This document shows, in pieces, positions 46,993 to 58,457 of a stretch of 64,000 nt of DNA. This DNA is from Candidatus Uhrbacteria bacterium RIFCSPLOWO2_01_FULL_47_17 (GTDB taxonomy: Bacteria; Patescibacteriota; Patescibacteriia; UBA9934; GWF2-40-263). The position numbers and the translations under genes are program-made. The notes beneath the pieces are model-generated. The model was not told the DNA's origin. It worked only from the letters and a program-made list of their open reading frames with translations, and searched no databases. Each line of letters begins with the position of its first letter. Position 1 is the first letter of the stretch. The stretch is from positions 404,208 to 468,207 of the forward strand of contig MGEI01000005.1 in assembly GCA_001791305.1 (NCBI GenBank), written 5' to 3'.

Positions 46993-47205
46993 AAGGTTTC
47001 TTACCCCAGATGTTCACTGAACACCTGGGGTTTTTCTTTTCCCCAATATTCTTGACGCTTTTCCCCCTCCGTGATATCTTTTGGCCACATAAAACGCTGC
47101 TGAAATTCAGAAATTCGTCGACCTCAATTTATTTGAGTTTTATTTTTCTTATAACGTCTTTATTGGCCCAACGGGTCGTCTGGCTTTTCCGAGCCTTCCA
47201 CAATT

Positions 47206-47634
47206 ATGCCAACAGTCAATCAACTTATTCGTAAAGGCCGACATCCAAAAGGATCCAAGACAAAATCTCCAGCCATGCAATACACCTTCGATTCTTTGCA
47301 CCGCAAAAAAACAACCCTCACAAAGGGAAGTCCATTTAAGCGCGGTGTTTGTGTAAAGGTTGCAACCATGACTCCAAAGAAGCCAAACTCTGCTATTCGT
47401 AAAATTGCGCGCGTGCGTCTTTCAAACGGAACAGAAGTAAACGCTTACATCCCAGGAGAAGGACACAACTTGCAAGAGCACTCAATCGTCATGATTCGTG
47501 GTGGTCGTGTAAAAGATCTTCCGGGTGTTCGTTATCACATCGTTCGCGGTGTGTATGACGCCCAAGGAGTAAAGGGTCGTATGCAAGGTCGTTCAAAATA
47601 CGGCGCACAACGTCCTAAAGTCAAAAAAGCTTAA
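47206..47634 (+). CDS. rpsL: 30S ribosomal protein S12
   Basis: [25 protein letters not shown]. Confidence 0.98.
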   Translation: MPTVNQLIRKGRHPKGSKTKSPAMQYTFDSLHRKKTTLTKGSPFKRGVCVKVATMTPKKPNSAIRKIARVRLSNGTEVNAYIPGEGHNLQEHSIVMIRGGRVKDLPGVRYHIVRGVYDAQGVKGRMQGRSKYGAQRPKVKKA

Positions 47635-47705
47635 CATTTATTCATGAGTGGAGTACCTGATTATTGAGTCAGGGAATAAATTCCATTCGATTATTTCATA
47701 ACATT

Positions 47706-48173
47706 ATGCGCGGAAAAAAAGCTACTCGACGTGAGATTACTCCAGACCCAAAGTTTGGAAATGTTGTTGTTGCAAAACTCATCAACACCATCATGCAAAA
47801 CGGAAAGAAAACCGTTGCACAAGGAATTGTGTATGACGCGTTTGAACTCATGAACAAAAAAACAAACGAAGATCCTATTGAAACATTTGAAAAAGCTTTG
47901 AAGAACGTCATGCCTTCGCTTGAAGTGAAGTCAAAGCGTGTTGGTGGTGCTAACTATCAAGTTCCGATGTCTGTTCGTGGTGATCGTCGTTATCTTTTGA
48001 CATTTCGCTGGATTATTACAGCCGCTCGCGCAAAGAAAGGTCGCCGTATGGCAGAAAAACTTTCAGACGAATTGCTCGCAGCTGCAGCAGGAGAAGGGGA
48101 CGCCGTAAAAAAGAAATTGGATGTTCAACGCATGGCAGAGGCAAACCGCGCGTTTGCTCACTTTGCGAAATAA
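47706..48173 (+). CDS. rpsG: 30S ribosomal protein S7
   Basis: RVGGANYQVP, MAEANRAFAH. Confidence 0.98.
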   Translation: MRGKKATRREITPDPKFGNVVVAKLINTIMQNGKKTVAQGIVYDAFELMNKKTNEDPIETFEKALKNVMPSLEVKSKRVGGANYQVPMSVRGDRRYLLTFRWIITAARAKKGRRMAEKLSDELLAAAAGEGDAVKKKLDVQRMAEANRAFAHFAK

Positions 48174-48236
48174 TTTTTTCCATTCTTCTATTCTATTTCT
48201 GTACGGGCGACTCGTGAGTCGCCCCTACGATCATTT

Positions 48237-50336
48237 ATGCCTCGTGAATACCCACTGCAGGACGTTCGTAACTTCGGAATTTTCGCTCACATCGATGCAG
48301 GAAAAACAACCGTTTCTGAACGCGTGCTTTTTTACACAGGAAAGAAACACAAAATTGGTGAAGTGCATGAAGGTGCTGCAACCATGGACTGGATGGAACA
48401 AGAAAAGGAACGTGGAATTACCATCACAGCCGCTGCAACAACGTGTTTTTGGAAAGATCACCAATTGAACTTGATTGATACTCCAGGACACATCGACTTT
48501 ACCGTTGAGGTGAAGCGCTCGATGCGTGTTTTGGATGGAGGAGTTGCTGTGTTTGATGGTGTTGCCGGAGTGGAACCACAATCCGAAACTAACTGGCGCT
48601 ATGCGGATGATTTTAAAGTGCCTCGTATTGTTTTTATTAACAAACTTGATCGCACAGGAGCAGATTTTTACAAGGATGTTGCGTCTGTTCACAACCGTCT
48701 CACAAAGCGCGCATACTGCATTCAACTTCCAATCGGAACAGAAGGTGGATTCAATGGAATCATCGATCTTTTGAAAATGCGTGCGTTCATGTACCGAGAT
48801 GAAACCGGACGTGAAATTGAAGAGACGGATATTCCAGAAGATTACAAAGCGAAAGCAGATGTATATCGCACCATCCTCGTTGAAGCTGTTTGTGAAAATG
48901 ACGAGAAGCTCATGGAAAAATATTTGGCCGGTGAATTTATTACCGAGGCTGAAATGAATCCTGTGATTCGTCGCACAACCATCTCAAACGAATTCATTCC
49001 AATCATGTGTGGTTCCGCGCTGAAAAACAAAGGTGTTCAACTTTTGTTGGATGCGGTTGTTGCGTATCTTCCAAGCCCACTCGATGTTCCAGCCTTTCAC
49101 GGAACAGATCCAGATGATCATGAAATCATCATTGATCGTCACTCCTCTGATTCTGAACCATTTGCCGCCCTCGCGTTTAAGATCGCAGCGGATCCATTTG
49201 TTGGAAAGCTCGCCTTTTTCCGCGTGTACTCCGGTTCGGTAAAAGCAGGAACATACATTTTGAACTCTTCAAACGGGGCAAAGGAACGTGTCGGACGTAT
49301 CGTCCGCTTGCACGCAAACACCCGTGAAGAAATTCAAGAAGTGTTTGCGGGAGAAATCGCCGCAATGGTAGGACTCAAAGAAACATTTACTGGTCACACA
49401 CTTTGTGATCCTGAAAACCCAATTTTGCTCGAGGCGATTGTGTTCCCAGAACCAGTTATCTCGATTGCGATTGAACCAAAAACAAAAGGAGACCAAGAAA
49501 AAATGGGAGTTGCTCTTCAAAAATTGGCTGAAGAAGACCCAACCTTCCGCGTTCGTACGGACGAGGAAACAAACCAAGTCATTATTTCCGGAATGGGAGA
49601 ACTTCACCTCGACATTATTGTCGATCGTATGAAGCGCGAGTTCTCCGTTGACTGTAACGTTGGAACTCCACAGGTTTCTTACCGCGAAACCATTAAAGGA
49701 AACGCGGAAGGAGAAGGAAAATACGTTCGTCAAACCGGTGGAAAGGGACAATACGGACACGCAGTTGTGCGTATCGAAAAATTGCCACCAGGATCTGGAT
49801 TCGAGTTTGAAGAAGAAATTAAAGGTGGATCCGTTCCAAAAGAATTCTTTAATCCAATCGAAAAAGGTGCACACGAAGCCGCAGATCGCGGAGTTATCGC
49901 TGGATATCCTCTTCTCGACGTTAAGGTTATCTTGACTGATGGAAGTTTCCACGATGTCGACTCTTCCGAAGCCGCCTTTAAAATCGCAGGATCGATGGCG
50001 TTCCAAGACGCAGCAAAGAAAGCTGGCGTGGAACTCATGGAGCCAATCATGAAAGTTGAAACAGTTACACCAGAAGACTTCATGGGATCTGTTGTTGGAG
50101 ACATGAACGCAAAGCGCGGACAAATTCAAAGCATGGAAGACCGCTCAGGAGCAAAAGTCATCCTCGCGTTTATTCCACTCGCAGAAATGTTCGGCTACGC
50201 AACAACGCTTCGCAGCATGACCCAGGGCCGCGCAAGTTACTCCATGGAATTTGATCACTACGATTCCGTTCCAAGTAACGTGTCAAAGGAAATTATTGAG
50301 AAACGTGGAGGACAGAACAGACGTGTTGGAGGTTAA
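48237..50336 (+). CDS. fusA: Elongation factor G
   Basis: [31 protein letters not shown]. Confidence 0.98.
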   Translation: MPREYPLQDVRNFGIFAHIDAGKTTVSERVLFYTGKKHKIGEVHEGAATMDWMEQEKERGITITAAATTCFWKDHQLNLIDTPGHIDFTVEVKRSMRVLDGGVAVFDGVAGVEPQSETNWRYADDFKVPRIVFINKLDRTGADFYKDVASVHNRLTKRAYCIQLPIGTEGGFNGIIDLLKMRAFMYRDETGREIEETDIPEDYKAKADVYRTILVEAVCENDEKLMEKYLAGEFITEAEMNPVIRRTTISNEFIPIMCGSALKNKGVQLLLDAVVAYLPSPLDVPAFHGTDPDDHEIIIDRHSSDSEPFAALAFKIAADPFVGKLAFFRVYSGSVKAGTYILNSSNGAKERVGRIVRLHANTREEIQEVFAGEIAAMVGLKETFTGHTLCDPENPILLEAIVFPEPVISIAIEPKTKGDQEKMGVALQKLAEEDPTFRVRTDEETNQVIISGMGELHLDIIVDRMKREFSVDCNVGTPQVSYRETIKGNAEGEGKYVRQTGGKGQYGHAVVRIEKLPPGSGFEFEEEIKGGSVPKEFFNPIEKGAHEAADRGVIAGYPLLDVKVILTDGSFHDVDSSEAAFKIAGSMAFQDAAKKAGVELMEPIMKVETVTPEDFMGSVVGDMNAKRGQIQSMEDRSGAKVILAFIPLAEMFGYATTLRSMTQGRASYSMEFDHYDSVPSNVSKEIIEKRGGQNRRVGG

Positions 50337-50350
50337 ACGATTAGAAAAAG

Positions 50351-50382
50351 AAAAAACCGAGCCTCACACGAGGCTCGGTTTT
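50351..50382. terminator. Bidirectional terminator after fusA
   Basis: AAAAAACCGAGCCTC-ACAC-GAGGCTCGGTTTTT. Confidence 0.8.
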
Positions 50383-50923
50383 AGGTTTTGATATATAATC
50401 TCACATTCTCAATTGTCTTCTCCTCTTTCCATTTCGGAAACTTAAATCCATTTGCTACCACTCTCGCACCAACCGGCAATTCTTTTTGTAACTTTTCTTC
50501 AATTCCTTTCATGGCGTAAGAGATCTGGTAGAGCAACACGAGATTTGTGTTTGAAACATCAACATGCCAAAATGATTCAGGACGTATTTCGATTTTGTCG
50601 GAAAGATGTTCGTTCTCGACCAACTCGCGAGACTGCTTCACAAGCCAATGTTGAATTTCATACCCGATCGATTTTTTCGCTCCAGCTTTTGCGGCCGCAA
50701 TGAGCAATCGACCATCGCCGCTTCCGAGATCCATGACGATATCGTTCGGCTGGATATTCGCAAGTTCAAGCATGGCAGGAATAGCTTCGACGGGAGTGCC
50801 AACATAAATTCCGCCGCCGGCGAATGTTGGAATCATGACGCAAATCAAATCGCGTGTGGCGAAGAAGAGGTAAAAAAGCGCACCAATTCCAATGATACCC
50901 AAGAGAAGATAAAGAAAAACCAT
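50381..50923 (-). CDS. Membrane-anchored class I SAM-dependent methyltransferase
   Basis: N-terminal TM, YVGTP, DLGSGDGRL, GYEI, GARVVAN. Confidence 0.88.
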   Translation of the reverse strand: MVFLYLLLGIIGIGALFYLFFATRDLICVMIPTFAGGGIYVGTPVEAIPAMLELANIQPNDIVMDLGSGDGRLLIAAAKAGAKKSIGYEIQHWLVKQSRELVENEHLSDKIEIRPESFWHVDVSNTNLVLLYQISYAMKGIEEKLQKELPVGARVVANGFKFPKWKEEKTIENVRLYIKT

Positions 50924-51940
50924 ATGATTCCAAAAAAAGTGTTAGTTGCGTTTGGGTTTACGAGAGTCACTTCGACAAAACAACTCGCAAGCGGACTCAT
51001 TCACCAAACATATCGCATCAAGAATGATCGGAAGCAGTATATCATCCAACGTTTACACCCGGTACTTGCGTCGAAAGAAATCGCGAACGATTTTTTGGTT
51101 GTCACAAAATATTTGAAGGAAGAAAAGTTCCTCGCACCCGAGTGTCTTCTTTCAAAAAAGGGCGAAGTGCTCGTCGATGATGGGGAATGGAAGTGGCGCG
51201 TACAGACATTTGTTCCTGGAAAAACCGTCTCCTTATTAAAGGATGCGAAGATGGCGACGGAAGCGGGGAAGATTTATGCGCGGTTCCACGAAACAGTCGC
51301 ATTGATGCCGTATAAATTTCAATCGAAGAAAATTTTGCATGATACAGAGGCGCTTTTCGAAAAGTTTCGCCACACGGTTGATGCGTATCGCGACTCTGAA
51401 CTTATGCTCGATGTTATTCATGATGTTGTGTTTCTTCTCGAGCAAACACCAAGATTTTTTTTACCTAACACATTGCCACTTCGCGTGATTCACGGTGATC
51501 CAAAAATTTCGAACATTCTTTTCGATAAAGTTGGAAAAGCAAAAGCGCTTGTGGATCTCGACACAGTGAATCGCCGACCTGTGCTCGTTGAGCTTGGGGA
51601 TGCGTTTCGTTCTTGGTGTGGTGGAAGGGAAGATGACCCGAAGAGTGTGTTTTCGATCCCAATGTTCCGCGCAGCTTGGAAGGGATATGCCTCGAACGCA
51701 ACATTTTTAACGAAAACAGAGCGTAAATACGTCGGAAAAGCAATTGGAACGATCACGCTCGAGCTTGCTTGCCGATTCATGACGGATTACTTTGTTGACG
51801 ATTACTTTGGTTGGGATGCGTCTCGATATGCATCTCGACGCGCTCATAATCTTGCTCGCGCGCGGGGACAAATTGTCGAATTCAAAGATTACCTAAAAAA
51901 GCGCGAAATCATTGAGAAAATCATTCAAAAATCTGCTTGA
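50924..51940 (+). CDS. APH/choline-kinase-fold phosphotransferase (N-acetylhexosamine-kinase-like)
   Basis: GLIHQTY, IHGDPKISNILF, VDLDTV, GDAFRS, RFMTDY, HNLARA. Confidence 0.82.
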   Translation: MIPKKVLVAFGFTRVTSTKQLASGLIHQTYRIKNDRKQYIIQRLHPVLASKEIANDFLVVTKYLKEEKFLAPECLLSKKGEVLVDDGEWKWRVQTFVPGKTVSLLKDAKMATEAGKIYARFHETVALMPYKFQSKKILHDTEALFEKFRHTVDAYRDSELMLDVIHDVVFLLEQTPRFFLPNTLPLRVIHGDPKISNILFDKVGKAKALVDLDTVNRRPVLVELGDAFRSWCGGREDDPKSVFSIPMFRAAWKGYASNATFLTKTERKYVGKAIGTITLELACRFMTDYFVDDYFGWDASRYASRRAHNLARARGQIVEFKDYLKKREIIEKIIQKSA

Positions 51941-51972
51941 CAGGGGGCTCGAATCGACTAAAATGCGGACAT

Positions 51973-52485
51973 ATGAAAGATCAGCTCAAACGCATCTTGA
52001 ATCTGGTTCGTAAAACCGGTGACACTATGATTGTTACGGATCCGGATGGGGAAGATGTTTATGTTGTGATGGGGCTCGATCGGTATGAAGATCTTCGCAA
52101 TGAGACGGGTTTTGATGAAGAAATGGCTGAAGATGAGTGGAATCGGTTTGAAGAAGAGCAAAAACGTCTGGGTGATTGGGATGCAAACAGTGACTTTTTG
52201 TCCAAGAATGAGGAGCCTGAGGAGTCCGTCGTTGAAAACACTCCAGACATCTGGAACACGATGAAGCCGGCGGGAGAGGTGGGTGAAACCTGGGATTTGG
52301 CTCAATTATCTGAGGAGGAGGCGGTAAATCTTGAGGAACAGTATAAAAAGTATACACAGGAGTTCGTCATGGGTTCCGTTCCTGAATCTATTTTAGAGAC
52401 AAAAATTGAAGAAATTCCACCAAAATTAGCAGAAAATGAGGAGGATTTTGGTGAAGAACAGTTTTATCTCGAACCGATTGAGTAA
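51973..52485 (+). CDS. Acidic hypothetical protein with Phd/YefM-like N-terminus
   Basis: VRKTGDTMIVT...VVMGLDRYEDL, acidic tail ending FYLEPIE; TTGACA promoter. Confidence 0.65.
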   Translation: MKDQLKRILNLVRKTGDTMIVTDPDGEDVYVVMGLDRYEDLRNETGFDEEMAEDEWNRFEEEQKRLGDWDANSDFLSKNEEPEESVVENTPDIWNTMKPAGEVGETWDLAQLSEEEAVNLEEQYKKYTQEFVMGSVPESILETKIEEIPPKLAENEEDFGEEQFYLEPIE

Positions 52486-52596
52486 GACTTGCGCGATTTA
52501 AAAGGGTTTGCTATACTTTCGCCTGTCTCGAAAGGTCAACTCTTTTCGATAAATAAGCAAAAATTAATTTTGGGCGTTAAGCCCTTTCTCATCTTT

Positions 52597-53790
52597 ATGG
52601 CAGAAGTATTTGCGCGCACCAAGCCGCACGTTAACGTTGGAACCATTGGTCACGTTGACCACGGTAAGACAACAACAACAGCTGCCCTCCTCGCCGTTTT
52701 GGGTGCGAGAGGACTTGCTGCACAATCAAAGGGAATGGACGATTTGGACAAAGCTCCAGAGTCAAAAGCTCGTGGAATCACGATCGCAACCGCTCACTGT
52801 GAATATGAGTCTGAAAAGCGTCACTACGCTCATGTGGACTGTCCAGGACACGCTGACTACATCAAAAACATGATCACAGGTGCTGCTCAAATGGACGGCG
52901 CAATCTTGGTTGTTTCTGCTGCAGACGGCCCAATGCCACAAACACGTGAGCACATTTTGCTCGCGCACCAAGTTGGAGTTCCAGCCATGGTGGTCTTCTT
53001 GAACAAAGTAGACATGGTTGACGACCCAGAACTTATTGATCTTGTTGAAGAAGAAGTTCGTGATCTTTTGAAAAAATACAAATTCCCAGGCGACGAAGTA
53101 CCTGTTATTCGCGGATCTGCATTGAAAGCCCTTCAAAACCCAACAGACGAAGCTGCTTCAAAATGCATCATGGATATCGTGAATGCGCTCGACACCTACA
53201 TCCCAGAGCCAGTTCGTGAAACAGACAAGCCACTCCTCATGCCAATTGAAGACGTCTTCTCTATTGAAGGACGTGGAACAGTGGTAACAGGACGCATTGA
53301 GCGCGGAACTATCAACTTGAACGATGAAGTTCAATTGGTCGGAATCCACGAAGAACCACAAAAAACAATCGTTACTGGAATCGAAATGTTTAACAAGTCT
53401 TTGGCTCAAGGACTTGCTGGTGACAACGCTGGAATTTTGCTTCGCGGAATCAAGAAAGAAGATGTTGAGCGCGGAATGGTCCTTGCAAAACCAGGATCCA
53501 TCACCCCTCACACAGAATTCGAAGCAGAAATTTACGCCCTCACAAAAGAAGAAGGTGGACGCCACAAACCATTCTTTAAAGGATACAAGCCTCAGTTCTA
53601 CGTCCGTACAACAGACGTAACAGGTGAAGTTATTCTTCCAGAAGGAACAGAGATGGTTATGCCTGGAGACACTGTTAGCGCAACCGTTAAACTCATCCAC
53701 CCAGTTGCTTTGGAAGAAAAGATGAACTTCGCTATTCGCGAAGGTGGAAAAACAGTTGGAGCCGGAATCGTTGTAAAAATTATCAAGTAA
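52597..53790 (+). CDS. tuf: Elongation factor Tu
   Basis: [33 protein letters not shown]. Confidence 0.98.
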   Translation: MAEVFARTKPHVNVGTIGHVDHGKTTTTAALLAVLGARGLAAQSKGMDDLDKAPESKARGITIATAHCEYESEKRHYAHVDCPGHADYIKNMITGAAQMDGAILVVSAADGPMPQTREHILLAHQVGVPAMVVFLNKVDMVDDPELIDLVEEEVRDLLKKYKFPGDEVPVIRGSALKALQNPTDEAASKCIMDIVNALDTYIPEPVRETDKPLLMPIEDVFSIEGRGTVVTGRIERGTINLNDEVQLVGIHEEPQKTIVTGIEMFNKSLAQGLAGDNAGILLRGIKKEDVERGMVLAKPGSITPHTEFEAEIYALTKEEGGRHKPFFKGYKPQFYVRTTDVTGEVILPEGTEMVMPGDTVSATVKLIHPVALEEKMNFAIREGGKTVGAGIVVKIIK

Positions 53791-53846
53791 TTTAACGTGT
53801 AAGGGGCGCTTCCCGCTCCTTACACATCGTTCTTTCTTTCATAATT

Positions 53847-54185
53847 GTGAGCAATACAACTACAAAAAAAGAACAAGAGGACAAGCCACGCTTGCGCATC
53901 AAAATTCGTGCATATGATAGCAAGATCATTGATCAAGCTACAGAAACGATTTTGAAAACAGTTGAGCGTTCCGGAGCAAAAGTGATTGGCCCAATTCCTC
54001 TTCCAACAGAGAAGAAGAAATATACCGTTAACCGCTCTACGTTCGTCCACAAAGATTCTCGTGATCAGTTTGAAATGCGTATTCATAAGCGCATTATTGA
54101 CATCACAGAAACAACAGACAAAACTATTGATGCCTTGATGAGTTTAAACCTCCCAGCTGGTGTTGATGTCGAAATCAAAACATAA
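53847..54185 (+). CDS. rpsJ: 30S ribosomal protein S10
   Basis: [24 protein letters not shown]. Confidence 0.97.
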   Translation: MSNTTTKKEQEDKPRLRIKIRAYDSKIIDQATETILKTVERSGAKVIGPIPLPTEKKKYTVNRSTFVHKDSRDQFEMRIHKRIIDITETTDKTIDALMSLNLPAGVDVEIKT

Positions 54186-54488
54186 CCCTGACTTCGGTCA
54201 GGTTTCAGAGAAAAGAACTTTTCTTTCTTCTGAAGCCTGACTGAATCAAGCAATCAATTAAACAAGGAAGAAAGATCTTACGCATCTGGTACGTACTTGC
54301 AAGAAAACCTTCCTGAGCTTTGAGCGATTGTCCCGGAGATTATTACATTGTAAGCAACAATTCCTTCGTACAAACGGTATTCCTCCAGAATTTTGGAGAT
54401 CTTGTATTAGGGGCTAGAAGCCGAACGTTATTTGTAAAAATGACTTTCGACTTCTAGCTTTTGTGCTAGTAAGCATTTGAAAACACGT

Positions 54489-55121
54489 ATGCCATTTATC
54501 ATCGGACGCAAAGTCGAAATGACACAACAATTTAAGGATGACGGTACCGTCGTTCCGGTTACGCTTATTAAAGCCGAGCCAAATATTGTTACCCAAATCC
54601 GCGAAGAATCACGCGACGGTTACGTTGCGGTTCAAGTTGGATCTGAGGTTACAACCAAATCACTCGTTAAGAGTGAGGCGGGGCACCTCACAGACCTTCC
54701 GCAAGTGAAAACATTGCGTGAGTTTCGTGTGGCGCGTGTTCCAGAAAATTACGTTCGTGGAGCAAAGATTCGCGTAAGTGATTTTGTTCCTGGTACAAAA
54801 GTTGATATCGTCGGTGTTTCAAAAGGACGTGGATTTGCTGGTGTGATGAAACGCCATCACTTCTCAGGAAGTAAAGCAACACACGGTAACAAAGATCAAC
54901 AACGTATGGGAGGTTCCATTGGTTCTCAACGCCAAGGAAAAGTTATCAAGGGTCAACGCATGGGTGGACATATGGGTGATGTGCGTGTGACCGTTAAAAA
55001 TCTTGAAGTTGTCTCCTTTGATGCAGATAAAAACTTACTTGCAGTAAAAGGTGCGATTCCAGGTGCACGTGGAGGACTTATCTTGGTTCGTTCACATGAA
55101 AGAAAACAATTATGGCAGTAG
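54489..55121 (+). CDS. rplC: 50S ribosomal protein L3
   Basis: GRKVEMTQ, SKGRGFAGVMKR, MGGHMG, KGAIPG. Confidence 0.97.
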   Translation: MPFIIGRKVEMTQQFKDDGTVVPVTLIKAEPNIVTQIREESRDGYVAVQVGSEVTTKSLVKSEAGHLTDLPQVKTLREFRVARVPENYVRGAKIRVSDFVPGTKVDIVGVSKGRGFAGVMKRHHFSGSKATHGNKDQQRMGGSIGSQRQGKVIKGQRMGGHMGDVRVTVKNLEVVSFDADKNLLAVKGAIPGARGGLILVRSHERKQLWQ

Positions 55122-55747
55122 TATCCCTCCTCAATACAAAAGGTGAACAAGTCGGATCGCTTACTTTGGAAGCGAGTTTGTTTGACGTAAAAATGAACCC
55201 CGCACTCATTCACGAAGCTGTTGTTGCTCAACAAGCAAACTCTCGTGAGGCAATTGCGCACACAAAAACACGTGGTGAAGTTGCTGGTTCAAGCAAAAAA
55301 CCATGGAAACAAAAGGGAACAGGACGTGCTCGTCATGGTTCCACAAAGTCCCCAATTTGGGTTGGTGGTGGAATCACTTTTGGTCCACGTAATGAACGAA
55401 ATTTTTCTCTGAAGATCAACAAACGTGCAAAGCGAAAAGCGCTTGCTATGATCTTGTCTGAAAAGGTTTCATCAGAACGTTTTGTTGCCGTTGATGTTTT
55501 GGATCTTAAAGATGGCAAAACAAAAGAATTGGCAATGATTCTTAAAAATTTGCCAATTTCAAAAAAGAAAACACTCATCGTTCTTCCGCCAGCACAAAAG
55601 GATGTTGCGATTGCCGCAAAGAACATGAAGGGTATTGAGACAATGCCGTCAAATACATTAAACGTTGTCGATCTCTTAAAGGCAGACGTTGTGTTGATCT
55701 CAAAAGAAGCGATTGACATGATCACTCAAACTTACAAGCGAGCGTAA
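55112..55747 (+). CDS. rplD: 50S ribosomal protein L4
   Basis: KTRGEV, KPWKQKGTGRARHG, GGGITFGP. Confidence 0.97.
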   Translation: MAVVSLLNTKGEQVGSLTLEASLFDVKMNPALIHEAVVAQQANSREAIAHTKTRGEVAGSSKKPWKQKGTGRARHGSTKSPIWVGGGITFGPRNERNFSLKINKRAKRKALAMILSEKVSSERFVAVDVLDLKDGKTKELAMILKNLPISKKKTLIVLPPAQKDVAIAAKNMKGIETMPSNTLNVVDLLKADVVLISKEAIDMITQTYKRA

Positions 55748-55751
55748 CGGT

Positions 55752-56132
55752 ATGGGAATTTTCAAAAAAAACAATTCAACAACGAAAGTGCCAAAAGTGG
55801 CAAAAGAAAAGAAAGAGGCTTCTGTTTCTGAAACAAAGAAACTTTTGCCATTTATTTCTTCTGTGCTTATTCGGCCGATCGTTACGGAAAAAAGTGCGAT
55901 TCTCGCTTCAAAAAATTCGTATGTCTTTGCTGTAGCAAAGACTGCAAATAAAATCGAGATCGCGTCTGCTGTTCGTAAAATGTACGGTCTTTCACCTGAA
56001 TCCGTAAACATTCAGAATGTACGCGGAAAATACGTACGTCGCGGAAAAGTTGACGGACATCGCAAAGCTTGGAAAAAAGCTATCGTTACATTGCCTAAAG
56101 GAAAAACTTTGAATATTTACGAAGGGGTCTAA
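55752..56132 (+). CDS. rplW: 50S ribosomal protein L23
   Basis: RPIVTEKS, ANKIEI, WKKAIVTL. Confidence 0.96.
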   Translation: MGIFKKNNSTTKVPKVAKEKKEASVSETKKLLPFISSVLIRPIVTEKSAILASKNSYVFAVAKTANKIEIASAVRKMYGLSPESVNIQNVRGKYVRRGKVDGHRKAWKKAIVTLPKGKTLNIYEGV

Positions 56133-56162
56133 TCAGGGCTGCAACGAGAATTAACAACACTT

Positions 56163-57011
56163 ATGCCAGTTAAACGCTACAAACCAACGACTGCAGGACG
56201 CCGCAATTCAAGTGTGGATACTTTTGAAGATCTCACAGCATTTAAGCCGTTGAAATCTTTGACCATTCACAAAAAGAAATTCGCTGGTCGTTCCAATGGA
56301 AAAATCACGGTCCGTCATCAAGGTGGTGGGGTAAAGCAACGCATCCGTCTCGTTGATGCGAAGCGTGATAAATTTGATGTCCCTGCTAAAGTGGCAACCA
56401 TTGAATATGATCCAAACCGTGGTGCGCGTATCGCCCTCCTCTTTTATAAGGATGGAGAAAAGCGCTACATCGTAGCTCCAATTGGTTTGAACGTAGGAGA
56501 CACAGTCGTTTCTTCAAAACAAAAAGGTGAAATTCAGACGGGAAATCGATTCTCACTTGAACACATTCCTATTGGAATTCAAGTGTATGATATCGAACTT
56601 CAACCTGGAAAAGGTGGACAATTGGTTCGTGGAGCAGGTTCTACCGCTCAGCTCATGGCCGTTGAAGGCCCTTACGCAACCGTGAAGTTACCATCCGGAG
56701 AAATTCGCATGGTCTTCAAACAGTGTATGGCGACCATTGGTCAAACCTCAAATCCAGATCGCCGATTGATTCGTTGGGGAAAAGCAGGTCGAACACGCCA
56801 TCGCGGTATCCGTCCAACCGTTCGTGGAAAAGCCATGAACCCAGTGGATCACCCACATGGTGGAGGAGAAGCTCGAAACTCAATTGGTCTCAAGCATCCA
56901 AAGACACCTTCTGGGAAACCAGCCCTTGGTGTGAAGACGCGTCGTAAACAAGCGTCTGATAAATTAATCATTCAACGTCGTAAGAAGGGCCGATTCGTCG
57001 GCGGTAAGTAA
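56163..57011 (+). CDS. rplB: 50S ribosomal protein L2
   Basis: [22 protein letters not shown]. Confidence 0.98.
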   Translation: MPVKRYKPTTAGRRNSSVDTFEDLTAFKPLKSLTIHKKKFAGRSNGKITVRHQGGGVKQRIRLVDAKRDKFDVPAKVATIEYDPNRGARIALLFYKDGEKRYIVAPIGLNVGDTVVSSKQKGEIQTGNRFSLEHIPIGIQVYDIELQPGKGGQLVRGAGSTAQLMAVEGPYATVKLPSGEIRMVFKQCMATIGQTSNPDRRLIRWGKAGRTRHRGIRPTVRGKAMNPVDHPHGGGEARNSIGLKHPKTPSGKPALGVKTRRKQASDKLIIQRRKKGRFVGGK

Positions 57012-57015
57012 TCCT

Positions 57016-57354
57016 ATGTCACGCAGTTTGAAAAAAGGTCCCTACGTTCATCCGAAGCTGATCAAAAAGATCGGTAAGTTGAAAGCGGGTGATCAAACAC
57101 CAATCAAAACATGGGCACGCTCTTCCACAATTACGCCAGAGATGCTCGGTTTCACCTTTGCTGTGCATAACGGAAAAGATTTCATTAAAGTTCGTGTCGT
57201 AGAAAACATGGTTGGACACAAACTTGGAGAATTTTCTGCAACACGTAAATTTGTTCGCCATGGCGGTAAGCTTCAAAAAGAGGCTGAAGCAGGTGCCGGT
57301 GCTCCAAAAGCAGCTCCAAAAACAGCAGCAAAACCAGCTGCAAAGAAAAAATAG
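57016..57354 (+). CDS. rpsS: 30S ribosomal protein S19
   Basis: [18 protein letters not shown]. Confidence 0.97.
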   Translation: MSRSLKKGPYVHPKLIKKIGKLKAGDQTPIKTWARSSTITPEMLGFTFAVHNGKDFIKVRVVENMVGHKLGEFSATRKFVRHGGKLQKEAEAGAGAPKAAPKTAAKPAAKKK

Positions 57355-57367
57355 TGATTGAACATGT

Positions 57368-57787
57368 ATGCAAGTGAAAGCTCACGCTCGCCATATTCGC
57401 ATGTCATCTCGTAAGGTCCGTCTCGTGATTGACCTCATTCGCGGTGCTCGTGTGGAAAAAGCGCAAACACAACTTCGTTTTGCCAACAAACTCGCCGCTG
57501 AACCGGTGCTGAAACTTTTGAATTCGGCTATCGCAAACGCGGTGAATAATTTTCAACTCAATAAAGATGATTTGAAAATTACTTCCATTACCGCAGACGA
57601 AGGTCCTATTTTGGATCGTTGGCAGCCTCGCGCACATGGACGTGCCATGCCAATCCGTAAGCGCAGTACACACATTTCCATTATTCTGGAAGCAATTCCA
57701 CAAAAGGAAAATGGGGAAACATCTGCTGAAAAGCCTGTGTCAAAAAAGCGTGTTTTAAAAAAGTCCGTAACCACTAAGACTGAATAA
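57368..57787 (+). CDS. rplV: 50S ribosomal protein L22
   Basis: SSRKVRLV, SAIANA, PRAHGRA. Confidence 0.97.
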   Translation: MQVKAHARHIRMSSRKVRLVIDLIRGARVEKAQTQLRFANKLAAEPVLKLLNSAIANAVNNFQLNKDDLKITSITADEGPILDRWQPRAHGRAMPIRKRSTHISIILEAIPQKENGETSAEKPVSKKRVLKKSVTTKTE

Positions 57788-57795
57788 TCACTTCT

Positions 57796-58446
57796 ATGGG
57801 AAATAAGGTACATCCAAGAGGGTTCAGAATCGGCGTCACACAAGGGTGGGACAGTCTTTGGTTCGCAGATTCAAAAAACTACGTCAAACTTTTGCAAGAA
57901 GATGTCATGATTCGAGCTCATCTCATGAAGACATTGAAAGATGCATTGATTGACAAGGTGGAAATTGAACGCACACGCCAAGAAATCAAAATTACGATTT
58001 ACTCCGCAAAGCCTGGAATTATCATTGGTCGAGGCGGAACAGGAATCGAAGATCTTTCCAAAAAAATCAAAACAAAATTTTTCGCTGGAAAGCGTGTAAA
58101 ATTGTCCATCAATGTAAAAGAGGTTCAAAATGCCTCTCTTTCATCTCAAGTGGTTGGTCAACAGATTGCCGCGGACATTGAAAAGCGTATGCCATTTCGT
58201 CGTGTGATGAAAGGAACGCTTGAGCGCGTCACGAAGGCTGGAGCAAAAGGGGTAAAAGTTGTCATCAGCGGACGTTTAAATGGTTCTGAAATCGCACGTC
58301 GCGAAATGCTTGCGCAAGGAAAAATTCCTTTGCACACCCTTCGTTCAGATATTGACTACGCTTCCGTAACAGCTCGAACCATCTGGGGAGCAATCGGAAT
58401 CAAAGTATGGATTAACCGCGGAGAAGTTTTTGATAAGAAAGCTTAG
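57796..58446 (+). CDS. rpsC: 30S ribosomal protein S3
   Basis: [29 protein letters not shown]. Confidence 0.97.
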   Translation: MGNKVHPRGFRIGVTQGWDSLWFADSKNYVKLLQEDVMIRAHLMKTLKDALIDKVEIERTRQEIKITIYSAKPGIIIGRGGTGIEDLSKKIKTKFFAGKRVKLSINVKEVQNASLSSQVVGQQIAADIEKRMPFRRVMKGTLERVTKAGAKGVKVVISGRLNGSEIARREMLAQGKIPLHTLRSDIDYASVTARTIWGAIGIKVWINRGEVFDKKA

Positions 58447-58457
58447 GATCGAAATTT

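Noticed and set aside
47635-47705. Hairpins in the rpsL-rpsG and rpsQ-rplN (59327-59407) spacers
   Set aside because: Expected locations for r-protein operon regulatory structures; too little evidence to call novel.
50606-50923. N-terminal extension of the APH-fold kinase
   Set aside because: It is antisense to the methyltransferase; kinase-like sequence starts at 50924.
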